Source of the DNA: Eledone cirrhosa
Lineage: Eukaryota
Direction: 5' to 3'
NCBI GenBank assembly: GCA_964016885.1
Contig: OZ024743.1
Coordinates: 34,100,001 to 34,164,000, forward strand
Length of the DNA: 64,000 nt
Below are positions 41,967 to 57,165 of this stretch, one piece after another (within the stretch, counting starts at the first letter, position 1; each line of letters opens with the position of its first letter). Made by a program: the position numbers and the translations under genes. The notes under the pieces were generated by a model. It had not been told where the DNA came from. It saw nothing but the letters and a program-made list of their open reading frames with translations, and made no database searches.

Positions 41967-42635
41967 CGGAGGAGGAGGAGGCGAAGTTAGCTGATGAATT
42001 AAGAATATGATCCAGTTTTAATTCACCTTGAACTCTTCAGTGCGACGGTGGCTTGTGTTAAAGGGAGGTGTGGTTAGAAAAGAATTGTGAAGTGATACGT
42101 CCCTTTTATTTTATTAGGTTTATTTTTGTATTTTTTGTTTTAGGAGAATTTTCCTTTCGATTTTTTTTCCTTTTATTATTGCATCTGTGATGGAAATAAG
42201 AGAATAGGGTAAACACAAGAGTAAACAAAAACAGCTAGAAATAAATTTATGGTTGGAGGTTGAGTTATAGTAAGAATAATTATTTTATTATTGAATCATG
42301 AGACGGGACAAGGTTTACAACAACAATAACAACAACAACAACATCAACAACACTAAGAACAGCATTAACAATAACATTGAGAAAACAATATTTGACACTA
42401 GCAAAAATATATACAAAATAAAGTTGTAGGAAGTGGATTTTTCGTCTATCAAGTAAAGACCAGTTCATATATATATATATGTGTGTGTGTGGCTGTGTAT
42501 GTGGGTGAAGAGAAAACAAAGAGAGAAAGAGAGAGAAAGAGGGGATATATATTACTCTTTTTTACTCTTTTACCTGTTCCAGCCATCCGGCTGAGACCAT
42601 GCTGGGGCACCGGCCTTGACATTATATATATATAT

Positions 42636-42697
<62 letters not shown>

Positions 42698-42729
42698 ATA
42701 GATAGATAGATAGAGAGAAAGAGATAAGG

Positions 42730-42787
<58 letters not shown>

Positions 42788-42815
42788 GGAGAGAGAGAGA
42801 ATGAGAGATTGATAG

Positions 42816-42853
<38 letters not shown>

Positions 42854-43293
42854 GGGGAGAGATAGATAGATAGATAGATAGAGAGAGAGGGAGAGAGAGA
42901 GTGAGTGAGTGAGTGAGAGAAAGAGAGAGAGAGGGAGAGAGGGAGAGGGAGAGAGAGAGAGGGAGATAGAGAGAGTGAGTGAGTGAGTGAGAGAAAGAGA
43001 GCGTGAGTGAGTGAGTGAGTGAGTGAGTGAGTGAGTGAGAGAAAGAGAGCGTGAGTGAGTGAGTGAGTGAGTGAGTGAGTGAGTGAGAGAAAGAGAGAGT
43101 GAGTGAGTGAGTGAGAGAAAGAGAGAGAGAGGACATGTTGCAGTCAAATGAGAAAAACAACCAACACGTGGATGTTGAGAATATTGGTATTAACAATTTA
43201 TCTATTCATGCATTACCAGTGGTTTCGTAGATATGCAAACATCTAAAAAAATGATCTGATAATACATGAATCAAGCTAACAGTTAATACAAAT

Positions 43294-43397
<104 letters not shown>

Positions 43398-43593
43398 TTA
43401 TATATTCCGTCATTGCGCTAACAGAAGTCTGACGAGCTTTTTATTCCAGACTCAGGACCAATCGATAAAGATCGAAACTTGAACTGATCAATCACGAAAT
43501 GTGCGCCACACCTCAATAAACGTAATGGAAATTTGACACCTCCTCCATATTATATATATATGTATGTATGTATATATATATATATATATATTT

Positions 43594-43870
43594 GTCAGGT
43601 CACCAGTTAGTGCTACTGGTAACAGGTATTCCAGTACAACCTGTCCCATGGTCGGGTCGTTGGCGACTAAACTGGCAACCCCACCAAGGTTTCTTGGTGA
43701 GGAGGCTGACTTTGGACATCCTGCAGGACTAAAAACAAAACCTGTCAAAGGGCAAAGGAGCTCTTAAAAGTCAATGGCCATCCAAAATCACCGGGAGGGA
43801 TGACCCCTTAGCCTTTGTCAAGGCAGAATTCTAGGAGAAGGAAAACTCTGATATAACACCTGCAACCCTG
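43594..43870 (+). mobile_element. Probable RTE LINE 5'UTR fragment
   Basis: CTAGGAGAAGGAAAACTCTGA motif recalled from RTE 5' regions; GC-richer than its flanks. Confidence 0.4.
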
Positions 43871-44199
43871 ATGGTATCCAATGATGTTGACTTGTTCTTC
43901 TTTTTGGTAAATATCATGTTGGTTAAGAGAGTGGGACTGGCTTTGTGCAGTGCCTTTGCTCACTATAAAACCTTCACGGCACAGGCATTGCTTTATATCT
44001 GGAGATCTCACTGCACTTGTCGTCACATGGTACCATGGGCCCAGCACTATGTGTCAATAATTGTCACAAGTGTAGTGTTTGTACCAGAGTTTTCAATTCG
44101 CTGGCAGGACTAAAAAGCCACACTCGTTCAGCGCATCGGTAGGGGTTCTCCTACATGGATATAAAGTAGTGGCCGTACTCGAAAACGAGTTGGCAGCCA

Positions 44200-44266
<67 letters not shown>

Positions 44267-44391
44267 GGAGGTGAGTTTTATTGTAGTACAATAAAGCAAT
44301 GCAGATATCGGATAAGAAGCACTCTACAGTTTGTAGGACTGGAGTATACATAATATATAAGAACAAAAGATGGTTAAAAGAGTTCCATGTA

Positions 44392-44458
44392 TTTTATTAT
44401 GCGCATTTCAAAAACAAATATCATCATGCAATAATATTTGTGTTTTCATCAGATAAAA
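44392..44458 (-). ncRNA. Type-I hammerhead ribozyme (family N)
   Basis: Reverse complement of 44590-44656. Confidence 0.75.
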
Positions 44459-44589
44459 CAGGAAGACATGATATGAAGGTTAAAAAACACTTGTGGATAG
44501 TGTGGATAGTTCAGTTTTAAATCAATATATGTTGATTTAAAACTGAACTATCCACAAGTGTTTTTTAACCTTCATATCATGTCTTCCTG

Positions 44590-44656
44590 TTTTATCTGAT
44601 GAAAACACAAATATTATTGCATGATGATATTTGTTTTTGAAATGCGCATAATAAAA
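44590..44656 (+). ncRNA. Type-I hammerhead ribozyme (family N)
   Basis: UUUUAU-CUGAUGA-AAAC-ACAAAUAU..AUAUUUGU-UUUU-GAAAU-GCGC-AUA-AUAAAA. Confidence 0.75.
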
Positions 44657-45027
44657 TACATGGAACTCTTTTAACCATCTTTTGTTCTTATATATTATAT
44701 ATATATATATATATATAAAACAAAGGAATTGTGGTAAGGAACCAGATGGACCATAACGCACCAGAGTATTCAATACTTAGGGTAGTAGAGTGGGAAATAG
44801 GAAAAAGTATAACCCCGACGGCAGAGCTCAAGCCGTTTCGACGGCTATTTCCTATATATATATATATATAGAATTAGTAAATTTGTATTCCAATGTTACT
44901 AAGTAGTTGCATTGGATGGAGTCAACCGACGTCGGAGATTGCTCAACGTATAATAAAGTGTGTTTTAAAATCCGGAGAAAATATGGAAAAGTTTATGAAA
45001 CGGAAATGCGGGTATAAAGAATTTATT

Positions 45028-45144
45028 AGGTAACAATTGTTTCTATAGTGTATGGGTTACCTATACCTCGCTATTTGAATAATATAAAAATATTATCATA
45101 AACCGAAGGTACACTGTAAGCAAACACACCATGTCGTCAGACCT
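45028..45144 (-). ncRNA. Hammerhead with extended stem II (family O)
   Basis: Inverted copy of 45200-45316, followed by AAUAAA. Confidence 0.65.
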
Positions 45145-45199
45145 TTGTATTGGAATGATATGAAAATATTTTATACCATTTTATATCATTCCAATACAA

Positions 45200-45316
45200 A
45201 GGTCTGACGACATGGTGTGTTTGCTTGCAGTGTACCTTCGGTTTATGATAATATTTTTATATTATTCAAATAGCGAGGTATAGGTAACCCATACACTATA
45301 GAAACAATTGTTACCT
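45200..45316 (+). ncRNA. Hammerhead with extended stem II (family O)
   Basis: AGGU-CUGACGA-C-AUGGUGUGU...AUACACUAU-A-GAAAC-AAUU-GUU-ACCU. Confidence 0.65.
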
Positions 45317-45357
45317 AAAAAATTCTTTATACCCGCATTTCCGTTTCATAAACTTCT

Positions 45358-45477
<120 letters not shown>

Positions 45478-46930
45478 GTGTGTGTGTGTATACATATATA
45501 CATAAATGTAATCTGAGTTTTTCGAATATTAATAATTGTTTCTACTTTTGGCACAAGGCCAGCAATTACCCAGTGCATTACTGGTACTTTATTTTATCGA
45601 TTCGTTTGCAATTATGCAAACAAGCCTCAATTTTATGGCCATGTCAGTAGAATGAACACTTCATTCTTGCTCTAGTGTTGGCATGTGAACAGAACTGCAG
45701 ACACTAATATTTCTGGGTATCACCCTTCATCAGTACAGCTCACTGTTCACCTGCCAAACTGTCAGAGCTAGTGAATTTGTGTATTTCTGTATTTCTGTAT
45801 TTGTGTATTTGTGTATATTTGAAAATAGCATATATTTTCATTAGCTCTGACAGTTTGGCATAAATAATAAGAAACCACTGGTAGATGAAATAATTATCTT
45901 ATGTTGTTTATTACATAACTATATATATATTATATATATAAATGTGTGTGTGTGTTGTGTATCATAAATAGTGCTGTAAGCTTCACCTTGTTGACACTTT
46001 GCAGTCTGAAATATTCAACCAAGCAAAATGTAACTGTCATCAAGATATAAAAGATATGTTTATTTGACTCTATATTCATAGGTTAGAGGAAGATATAAAC
46101 CCGCCTATCTTACTCACTATAGGTTTGTCAATCGTATTCAATATCTCATCCAGGGGGGCTACCTCAAAACTGCTTATTTAATATCTTCTTTATTTGGATA
46201 GGTGGTGAGTTGGTATAGTTACTAGGGACGTTGGATTTAAAACCCCGGCATTTGTTCTGACTCTCTTCGCTCTGAATTCAAATCCCGCCACGTCAACCTT
46301 GCTTTTCATTCTTTCGGGATCGGTAAATAATGTACCAGTGAAGTAATGGCATCGATTCTTCCTCTATCTTTATCTATCTTCTGCTCTTTCCTTCTCTGGG
46401 AGTAATCAACGGTGTTCAGATATGGAGAAGGATAGGCTTCACCAGGTTTAAAATGGCCTAGACACGCTCTGTGTTAGAACGGTATCCCTACGCGTCCATC
46501 TTTAGTTAAGGGCACTATCAATCCCCCCCCCCTTCATTTAGTGTTACTAAATGTGTCTTTACAAGATGATGTTTTGGCTTGTTATTCTGTACACACATAC
46601 ACAAACAGGTATTTTAAATGTGTGTGTATGGTGTGTATGTGTGTGTAAAACGATGCATCAGAAAATGTAAACACAGGGAACAGACAAGTGCACTCCTATA
46701 ACCAGCTATTGTATGAGTTTCAAACGCAGATTCAGGGTTTTTAAACAATAGAACTGCTTACCACATGTTTGATGATGAGGATATCGACAGACTTATGTGA
46801 CATTTAATTCCTTTTGTTTATAATATTCGTTGATGAAGTTTACCAAGATGACATTTAGCTATGATGTTGTTGCTACTTCTTTTAGTTGATTGTGGTGGTG
46901 GTGGTGGTGGTCATGTGTGTGAATGGAGAC

Positions 46931-47122
46931 AATAATTGTTTCTATTTTTAGGCACAAGGCCAGCAACTACCCAGTACATTACTGGTACTTTATTTTATCG
47001 ACCCCGTAAGGATGAAAGGCAAAGTTAACCTCGGCGGGATTTGAACTCAGATCATAAAGGGACGTAACTCTATGCTTCAAAGCATGGTGTCCGACTCTCT
47101 ACCGATACTGCCAATCCACCGC
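46931..47122 (-). mobile_element. tRNA-derived SINE with target-site duplication
   Basis: GAATGGAGACAATAAT on both sides. Confidence 0.9.
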
Positions 47123-47378
47123 GAATGGAGACAATAATGTCATTAGTGCTGAGAAACCTTCTACTTTGTTACAACACATAATCCTGTAACCTCTGATCCC
47201 CATCCCTTTCTTTCACGACCACTTTACACCATTTGTAAACATCCTCAAATCAAGCAAAAGAGATAATCTCCACGTGGTCGTTCGACATGCTAAAATAGCA
47301 ACCGAATCTCCCTGATATATTACATAAGACGCCGCACTTTAGATGTAATGGCCACGGTTGGAATGCTTTTTATCATAG

Positions 47379-47572
47379 CAGACCTAAACGAGGAGTACCA
47401 TGAAAAAAAGTGCCCCAAAACGGGGAGAAATGAGGCAAAATGGGGAGATTTTACATATTGAAAGCTATACCCATTTTCACAAGAGAAGACATCTCTTACC
47501 CACCCTACAGTGTGTGTGTGTGTGGGAGGGGGGTGAAATCTCCCCGTCGGACAGGGAGAGTTGACAGGTTTG
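47379..47572. mobile_element. hAT-type MITE copy (reverse orientation)
   Basis: CAGACC...GTTGACAGGTTTG flanked by duplicated ATCATAG. Confidence 0.7.
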
Positions 47573-47952
47573 ATCATAGGCTTGCTTGATCAGGCCTGAC
47601 CTGGGGCTAAACAACAATATTTTCAAGACTAATAATTTTCTACTTTTGGCACAAGTTCAACAATTGTTGAAGAGAGAAGAGGAAAATCAATTACACGAAT
47701 CCCTGTGTGTTACTGGAACTTTATTTTATTGTCCCGGTAAGGATGAAAGGCAAAGCTAACCTCTGTGTGATTCGAACTCACAACATCACGATTGTAAACA
47801 AAACGATTTAACTACTAAGCCACACAAACCTTACTTGAAATAAAAATAGAATAACGAGAATCTATAAATAATTAAATTCCGTCAGGCTTTTAAATGCTCA
47901 AGAAACGCCACAAGTCACTACAGCGTCACACTGACTCCAGCAGGTGTAACGG

Positions 47953-47996
<44 letters not shown>

Positions 47997-48135
47997 ATAT
48001 ACATAAGTATGTATAGGTACATACATATATGTATACAGACGTACAGTAGTATGTATATATATATATACATACATGCACACATATATATATGTACGTATGG
48101 ATTCACCGAACATTTATTATAATGCTCGGTGTGTT

Positions 48136-48197
<62 letters not shown>

Positions 48198-48455
48198 CCA
48201 GGGGCGAAGGGTGCGTGCATGCGTTATAGAATCTTGAGTTTATCAATTGCGTCGGTTGAAGCAAGCAGAATTTTGGCTGCTTGCTAAATCGTAGACACAT
48301 GAAACGATAACACACACACACAAGATAACACGACATGCGGCTTTGACCGGGAGGGGCATTTAGAGTGAATTGGGGGGGGGGGGGGGGGGCTGCGCAGCCC
48401 CACTTTCTGCCATGGCGATTGGACTGCATGCTCTGCTTTCCAGGTTACCCTTCGC

Positions 48456-48504
<49 letters not shown>

Positions 48505-48555
48505 ACACATACTGTATATATATATATATATATATACACATACAAACATACATAC

Positions 48556-48612
<57 letters not shown>

Positions 48613-49838
48613 AACACTCACACACACACATACACACACACAGACACACACAAACGCGCGCGCACACACACACATATATATATATATTGCTCAAATGCAT
48701 GAACATTGACAATTTTCAAACACACCATCATCAGTAAAATTCTCATTTCTCTCGTTTTCTCTCACCCTCTCTCTTTCTACAACACACACACACACATGCA
48801 CATACACTTACACACACATATACTGTATAAGTTAAGTATCCAGACTCAGTATTTTATTGTTGTTGTTGTTGTTGTTGTTGCTGCATGGGTGGCATATGAT
48901 GCAAATTAATCCATACACGATAATCCGATCTCTCACCGCCCATCAATAATACAGTTATCATTTCATTAGAAGCGGGGGATCACTTGAAAGTTCGAGTAGT
49001 TTCTTGCTGCTAAATATATCTGTGGTAATCCCAGCAAAGCGTCATGAATACATTAGAATACACACACACGCACCCCCACCCCCACACACATTTATAATTA
49101 GAATATGTGTTTAAAATAGATTAATATTTAAAACATTCAAATTTTAACTGAATAAGCACTCAATGCTGGCAAGTAGAGTGTAGAAATTTATATTCTAATT
49201 AGAAAAAATATCAGCGACTTCGATAGTTCAGCTTGACTGCTTCATCTGATTGTATACATGCGTCATACAGACAGACAGCCAGAAAAACATATATATATAT
49301 ATATCACCACCTCTACACGCCTCCACCCTTTCACCACTTGTCTCATTTTAATTTTTTTACCCACTTTTTAATTTTTTTCCTTCCCCTTAAATTCCCGCTC
49401 CCCTTTTAATGTCTTTACACCACTCCCCCTCACACCCTCGGAACTCTTTTCCTTCCCACTTTTCTCCTGATGAAGGCATTATGCCCAAAACGTCGTCCCC
49501 CACCCCCACTCTCAAGCGTGAAACTAATACTAACACTGTACTGCACTCTTCGTTATTGTTTTTGTTATTTGTTTAACTTATATATATATATAAGTATATA
49601 TAGAGTATATATATATATATATATATATATATTAGGTTATGCAAGAAAGGCTTAGGATTATCTTGAATGCAGTAATGGTTAATTTCACTAGATAGAGTTG
49701 ACGTACGGTGAGGGGTTACTCAACGAGTTATAGAAGAAAAGTTGAAGAAACTCAGTTGCTGATCCTTCTGTATTCCGGAGTGTAGATAAAGAATGAATAA
49801 TAACAGGTATACATCATAAAAAGGTAATTTATTCCGAG

Positions 49839-49951
49839 TGCTTACAAATGTTTCAACAGTAGTTATACAGCCTAGTCATGCTATGTGCAAATTGGTAATT
49901 ATTTGCAGAAACTCAATTTTCAAATGCTGCTTCTACCGTTTCCTCAGAGCA
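49839..49951 (-). ncRNA. Hammerhead with extended stem II (family Q)
   Basis: UGCU-CUGAGGA-AACGGUAG...CUACUGUU-GAAAC-AUUU-GUA-AGCA then AAUAAA. Confidence 0.7.
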
Positions 49952-50038
49952 TGGCTAGGCTGTATAACTACTGTTGAAACATTTGTAAGCACTCTAAATA
50001 AATTACCTTTTTATGATGTCTACCTGTTATTATTCATT

Positions 50039-50461
<423 letters not shown>

Positions 50462-50538
50462 TTATAATGATATCAAACTCGCTCGCTGATTCGAAAATAT
50501 TATTACTTGAATATATATGTATATATATATATATATAA

Positions 50539-50608
<70 letters not shown>

Positions 50609-51315
50609 TGACAATAAGAAGTCAGATTTGCAGCTTGTTATGAAAATTTATTGCATATTACAATTGTTTCGATATCGATCAGCTTAGGTTTGATCAGGCC
50701 ATCGGATACCGACTCTTAATCGCCACCTCATGTCCTTTGTCCTCTCACCATAGCAATGATCCAGAGGAAACCTGCTTGCTCCACCTTGTCAAAGAAATGG
50801 AGAAACATAAGAATAATTGTTTCTACTTTTGGCACAAGGCCAGCAATTATCAGTACATTGCTGGTACTTTGTTTTATCGACCCCGTAAGGATGAAAGGCA
50901 AAGTTAACCTCGGCGGGATTTGAACCTAGAATAGCAAGGGCCGTGTACTTGGCTTATAAGCGGATCCATCCTGCACCTGACCACAGCTGTTCAACGTACC
51001 CCAGAAATACTTGGACACAGAAAAGGTTTATGTGCAGAACAGTTTCGTCGCGCTACAAGTATCTTGGACAAACCCGGCTAGAAGAACGTCAGTGTAAATT
51101 ATTCAAATTTTGATGCATGACCAATGTTAGCAATGTTGATGATGATGATAGTAATGGTAGTAGTGGGTTTAGAAATGATATTGACGATAGCGAGTCGGGC
51201 TAAAGGTTTTATCTTATTTAATTGAGTCTCTTACGCCAGGCGAACAATGATGCAGTAGTCGGTCTCTCGCATGCAAGAAATAAAAATCAACTTTACCTTA
51301 AACCATACCCTAACA

Positions 51316-51510
51316 CAGACCTGTCAACTCTCCCCGTTCGATGAAGAGATCGCCCACCCACTTTGGGGTGGATGAGTGATGTCTTCTCTTGTGAAAATGG
51401 GTATTGCTTTCATTATGTAAAATCTCTCAATTTTGCCTCATTTCTCCTCGCTTTGGGGTACTTTTTTTCACGGTACTCCCCGTTTCGGTTTTTAGAGTTT
51501 GGCAAGTTTG
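51316..51510. mobile_element. hAT-type MITE with 8-bp TSD
   Basis: TIRs CAGACCTGTCAA / TTGGCAAGTTTG; TSD CCCTAACA / CCCTAACG. Confidence 0.85.
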
Positions 51511-52720
51511 CCCTAACGTCTTTAAAAAGGAGCGATATATAAGACTACTCATGGTACCTACAACTGAGACCGATTAAATTGCCGATACTTCCCACATTAA
51601 ATTTATCCTCTATAGTATAACTTAGAAGCAATAACAACAGCAGCAGCAACAGTGACTGTAGTAAGAGCAGTAGTGATATTATTATTAATATTAGTAATAA
51701 TAATTGTAACAGTAGTAGTAGTGAGGCACATTTTGTTGTTGTTGTTGTTGTTGCTGTTGCTGTTGCTGGTATTTTCTACTAGGTATTTATGGCATTGTTG
51801 CTGTTGTTGTTGTTATTGGGTAAAGTTGCTGTTAAGCCTTGCAATGATAACAACAGCAAAATGAACACGCCCCTGCTACACGCCATAGCAACCTTCCTGC
51901 AACTGCTGTCCTATGAATGCACAGGTACTTTTAGTTCCAGCCTGTGCAATAGTACTGTTGACCTTCCACCCACATTTTCTTTCTGCACCATGATCAGCAT
52001 CATCAAAGCCGCCACCAATAATTTTAGTAGAGTAAGCAATATTAATAAGTTGATCCTCGAGTGGTTATGGTAGTACAGTGATATGATACATAATCTTTCC
52101 GTATAGTACGTTCCAATGTCAGACTAGATGTAAAAGGTCACAGAAATGTGATATGGTTACATCAGTATCGCCTTGCAATATTAGATAACTTAAATTTCAA
52201 GACATGGGAGCCAGCTTCAAGAAAAGAGACACTTCCTAGAAAGTACGAAGCTCCTACAGAAAAGACAATTTCTGGACTAAGGACATCGACTATATCGGTA
52301 CTCATTGTATCTGCCCTGAAGATTTAAAAGGTAAATTTAACTCTGGAAGGATTGGAACGTGGATCGTAAAGGAATTTTCCTGATCGTCATCCAATTATGC
52401 CATACTCTACTGCTGCTAATTCTGTCAAATAGGACATGACGACAATAACTACACTGGAAACAACTCAAGACAGGTTTGTTTCTGTTAGATTAGTGTGATA
52501 CTTCATACAGACAGTGGACAGCATTTATACTGAAGCTGTATCAAAAATCTAGCTAGAGAAAGCTCATGTATCCCGAACAGCTACAATATGAAAGCCAATT
52601 CTTGCATTGGAGACATTTTCAAAATGTGGATTAGCTTCCGCAGCGAAAACTAGAGTCATGTGTGGACAGCTGTTTTGTTTCAGGCGGAATTCAAAAGCGT
52701 AATAACATTAAATACTTTAC

Positions 52721-52808
<88 letters not shown>

Positions 52809-54108
52809 TGGTAATAATGGCAATGACTTGAAACTGAAGGAGTAAGATTTCGAATGTAAACAAGATTTCGAATGTAAACAAGTGTTTGACATATACAAAG
52901 AATCAACAGTTTCTTACATTACTTCGGTCAAATTTAGAAAACAATTGTCGAAAACCACAAAATCTCAAAAGATTTTGTCAGGAATTCGAAAAAGGTGTTT
53001 AATTCTAGATATAAATGTGTCTACTTGCCTGTACTCAGGTGACTAAAGCAATTACAAATCAAACGCTTATAAAGCAATAATTATTATTTAATTTGATATG
53101 TATCTACTCAATTTCAAATATAAATAATTCTGTCGTAAAATCGACACATATCTGTACTACTTCGATCAGTTATCTCCCTTATCCTTGGATATCAGCTGAA
53201 TTACTATTAATGACAAAACATTCGCCACATATTTCGCAATTACAGAGTTGTTTTCGAATTGATGGATTCATTAACCTCTCGAATTTACATGCAAGACAGA
53301 CAAAAGTTTAAAGCGCCGAACTTTTAACCAAATCTCCCCGGCAAATTCAGGTTTAACAAGGTACACGTACCTTAAGAAATGCATCTGATATTACCATGCA
53401 TCTATGGAATCTGAAAATGAACAGCAGGTTTTAAAGGCCACCTTAAAACCAGTGACAGAGATGTATAGTATGGTTCCGTAATTCCTGATGGAGTCGTAGT
53501 AACGCTGTAATGACCTACGGTGTTTCTTAGGCATTTTAAAGCCTGGTGCAGCCCACCCCACAGGTCTAAACACAGTAGATGTCTTCCATAGAAGGATAGA
53601 ATGTGAGAAAGAGATATAGTGGAAGAATCGACCCCAGTACTAGACTGGTACTATTCTTTTATCGACCTCGAAAGAATGAAAGGCAAAGTTGACCTCGGCA
53701 GGATTTGAACTCAGAGAGCAGAGAGCCGGAACGAACACCACAAAACTTACTATGCGACATTCTAACAACTCTGCCAAATCTTCTATAAGCATTCTATAAA
53801 CATGCAAATGTGCATTCATACTCGCATGTACGCACACGTGCACTCATGCATGCTCATGCATGCATATATTTGTCGTTACTGCTTGGTGTTCTTTTCAAAA
53901 GATAATCGTTAAGTATATATATATAACGAAGGAAGTGTGGTAAGGAACCAGATGGACCATAACGCACCAGAGTACTCAATACTTAGGGTAGTAGAGTGGG
54001 TAATAGGAAAATGTTTAACCCCGACGGCAGATCAAGCCGTTTCGACGGCTATTTCTGGACTCATTTGGTCGCTTTATTCCTGGTGCCGTCGGGATTAAAC
54101 ATTTTCCT

Positions 54109-54156
<48 letters not shown>

Positions 54157-54664
54157 CTTTCTTTATTCTATATTATATATATAGATAGATAGATAGATAC
54201 ATACATACATAGATGAATTTGGTCGTAAAAATAGAAAAGAAAAGGAATTGCAAAAGGTGATCATATTTGACAGCAAATCAACAGCTATACATACATATAT
54301 ATATATATCGCAGATACCAATCAAACTATTTGAGGCAGTTACAAAGGACTCAATGGTGTGAAAAGTTAATACATTTTCATCCAGAGTAAACACAAAAAGT
54401 TCAATAAAGTGTGGCACCAGGAATAAAGCGACCAAGTGTATGTGGCTATAGTGAGACCACAATATCGATATATACAAACATCGATATATATGCATAAATA
54501 CATAATTAGATAATATATACATACTTACATACACGCAAACACACATGGATGCATCCATCTATCCATACATAGATACATGCATGCATACATACATTCATAC
54601 ATAGATACATCCATGCATACATACATTCATACATAGATACATCCATGCATACATACATTCATAC

Positions 54665-54762
<98 letters not shown>

Positions 54763-54893
54763 GCATATATATATATAACATGCATTAGAATTCGTTATAC
54801 ACAACATAACGAATCGAGCTGTCGTAACATCAACGTCACAGCTTAGAAACTAATCTGTAACAAATTCAAGATAATTATCGCTTCCGGGGTCAG

Positions 54894-54940
<47 letters not shown>

Positions 54941-54964
54941 TATATATATATATATATATATATA

Positions 54965-55064
<100 letters not shown>

Positions 55065-56175
55065 AATATAGGTTCTCATTGTTTGCCATGTGGTTTACAT
55101 ATGTTAATCTATAAGTCGTCTATATAGGAATATACAAATATGAGAGTTACTGATAAACATATAAAATACGATGAAAATAGGCGTTAATAAATAAATGCTA
55201 TTACTCCTCTTACCAGGACTCGTGGAAGAAGTATGAAGAAATCCGAATAGATTCTTCCCGGATGTCCTCGTGAAAAAAGAACGTAGCCGGCGAGATTGTG
55301 CTAGAAAGAACAACAACAACAACAACAACAAAAACAACAAAACAAACAAACAAACAAACAAACAAACATAAACCAAAAACAACAACAACAAAACAATTAG
55401 CAGGTATAACTACTATTAGAACTACAACGACAATAACCGCAACAACTACATTTGACCTAACGCAAAGAAAATGTAACGAGAATATATTTAAAACAAATAA
55501 ATAAAAATCTTTTAAAAAAATCAACAAAGCATCATCTCTTTCTAGATTGGCTTAATTGTGCGCAAATGAGGCAGATTATATGCAGCTAGAAGCTAAATCT
55601 GGATTCGTACTTATAAAACAGGCTTAATCTAAGTCAGCTGTCTAATCTGGCCAGACTATATATTACTATTTTACTACAGATGGAGTCGATCAATCTCTCC
55701 CACGTCATCATTATCAAGTTTATTGGCACCTGGGTAGTTGCCGTGTCTGACATTTCAAGTTTCGGGTTTCCTTAAATCTTTAAGTCAAACAAATTTACAG
55801 AAAGCTATTAAAACCACACTTTCTACTATTTCTGACGCCATTTGTTTAATCCTTTAGAGGTGAGTTTTTGAAAAATAATAGTTTTCTTTTAATTGAAAAT
55901 GGTTCATTTTGATCCAGTTAAGCTAGTAATACGTATTTTATATGTATATTTTTAAATATTTTCATGGATACTTTCATCTCAACAGTATTTTAAATTGGGG
56001 CCTCTCTATCCCAGCAGTATCCACACTGTTTAATATGATGAGCAACAAGAAATAACAAAAAACCAACTAGTTATTGCTAAATTATGTTAAATATTGGAAG
56101 GAGAATTCAATAGATTGCAACCCTTATGTATGGATCGATATGTCCCTACAGTATTGAAATGGTTAAGTTGTCCAC

Positions 56176-56231
<56 letters not shown>

Positions 56232-56298
56232 AATATATATATGTGTGTGTGTAGAGGCGGAGTCCAACAGAAAGAGGATTTGCTTCGAAATCACTAGA

Positions 56299-56389
56299 CG
56301 TATCTGAGGAACTTGCGAATCCAGAGTCAGGTTCGATCCACAAACAGATCGCACCTCGAGCTGTTCGCCGGAGAAACATTTGTAATACG
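56299..56389 (+). ncRNA. Hammerhead with extended stem II (family R)
   Basis: CGUAU-CUGAGGA-..GCGAA..AGGU.CGAUC..GAUCG.ACCU..UUCGC..-GAAAC-AUUU-GUA-AUACG; the base of stem II is imperfect. Confidence 0.65.
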
Positions 56390-56975
56390 AAATCAATTTG
56401 TGTTCCGATGCATCACTGATTCTTCGTTTTCCATATTATATATATATATATATTGTTGCCTGAATGTATGGTTGTAATCACTAAAGAAAGAGCTCCCAAC
56501 ACGTAATCACAGAGGAAAATACTATATTGTATAAAATACATGGCATACCTTCTAAAGTACTTGGAGTTGCTTGAGGTTGGTTTAACTTCATTCATCAGAT
56601 TTTAGGAAGTCCTTTCTTGGCATATATTTATACAATATAGTAAATACAGTATATACATACATATATATATATATATAAGTAAGTAAGGTACTCAATAAAT
56701 ATCAGGGTATAAATATTTAATATAGAAATGGCTTCTACAGGACTAGAACTGTTTCATTCGTGGCAAATCATCAGGAAATATATATATAACGTCAACATTG
56801 TAACGAAATATTTGTTGACTGCAGAATCCAGATTAAGGTTCACTCTATTTTACACTGATGACGAATCAACATGAAAACGTAGTACCTTCGAAGGTGATGA
56901 ATGCCTAATTTCAAAACTGCAGATTATCTAACAGGATATCCAACTAGTTTCATAGCATGAAGTACAATAACCTGG

Positions 56976-57165
56976 ATAATTGTTTCTACTTTTGGCACAA
57001 GGCCAGCAATTATACAGTGTATTACTGGTACTTTATTTTATCGACCCCGTTTGGATGAAAGGCAAAGTTAACCTCGGTGGGATTTGAACTCAGAGCATAA
57101 AGGGCCGTAACTCTTTGCTGCAAAGCATGGTGTCAGATCCTCTACCAATACTGCCAATCCACCGC
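56976..57165 (-). mobile_element. tRNA-derived SINE
   Basis: Main-family copy. Confidence 0.88.

Noticed and set aside
43426-43485. CTGACGA...GAAAC hammerhead-like motif (similar cases at 8529-8577, 26065-26132, 56853-56883)
   Set aside because: Core nucleotides or the UH site are missing; degenerate at best
51860-52075. Minus-strand hydrophobic frame resembling a signal peptide (LLILLTLLKLLVAALMML...QQYYCTGWN)
   Set aside because: No start or splice context, early stop, and no recognisable peptide family
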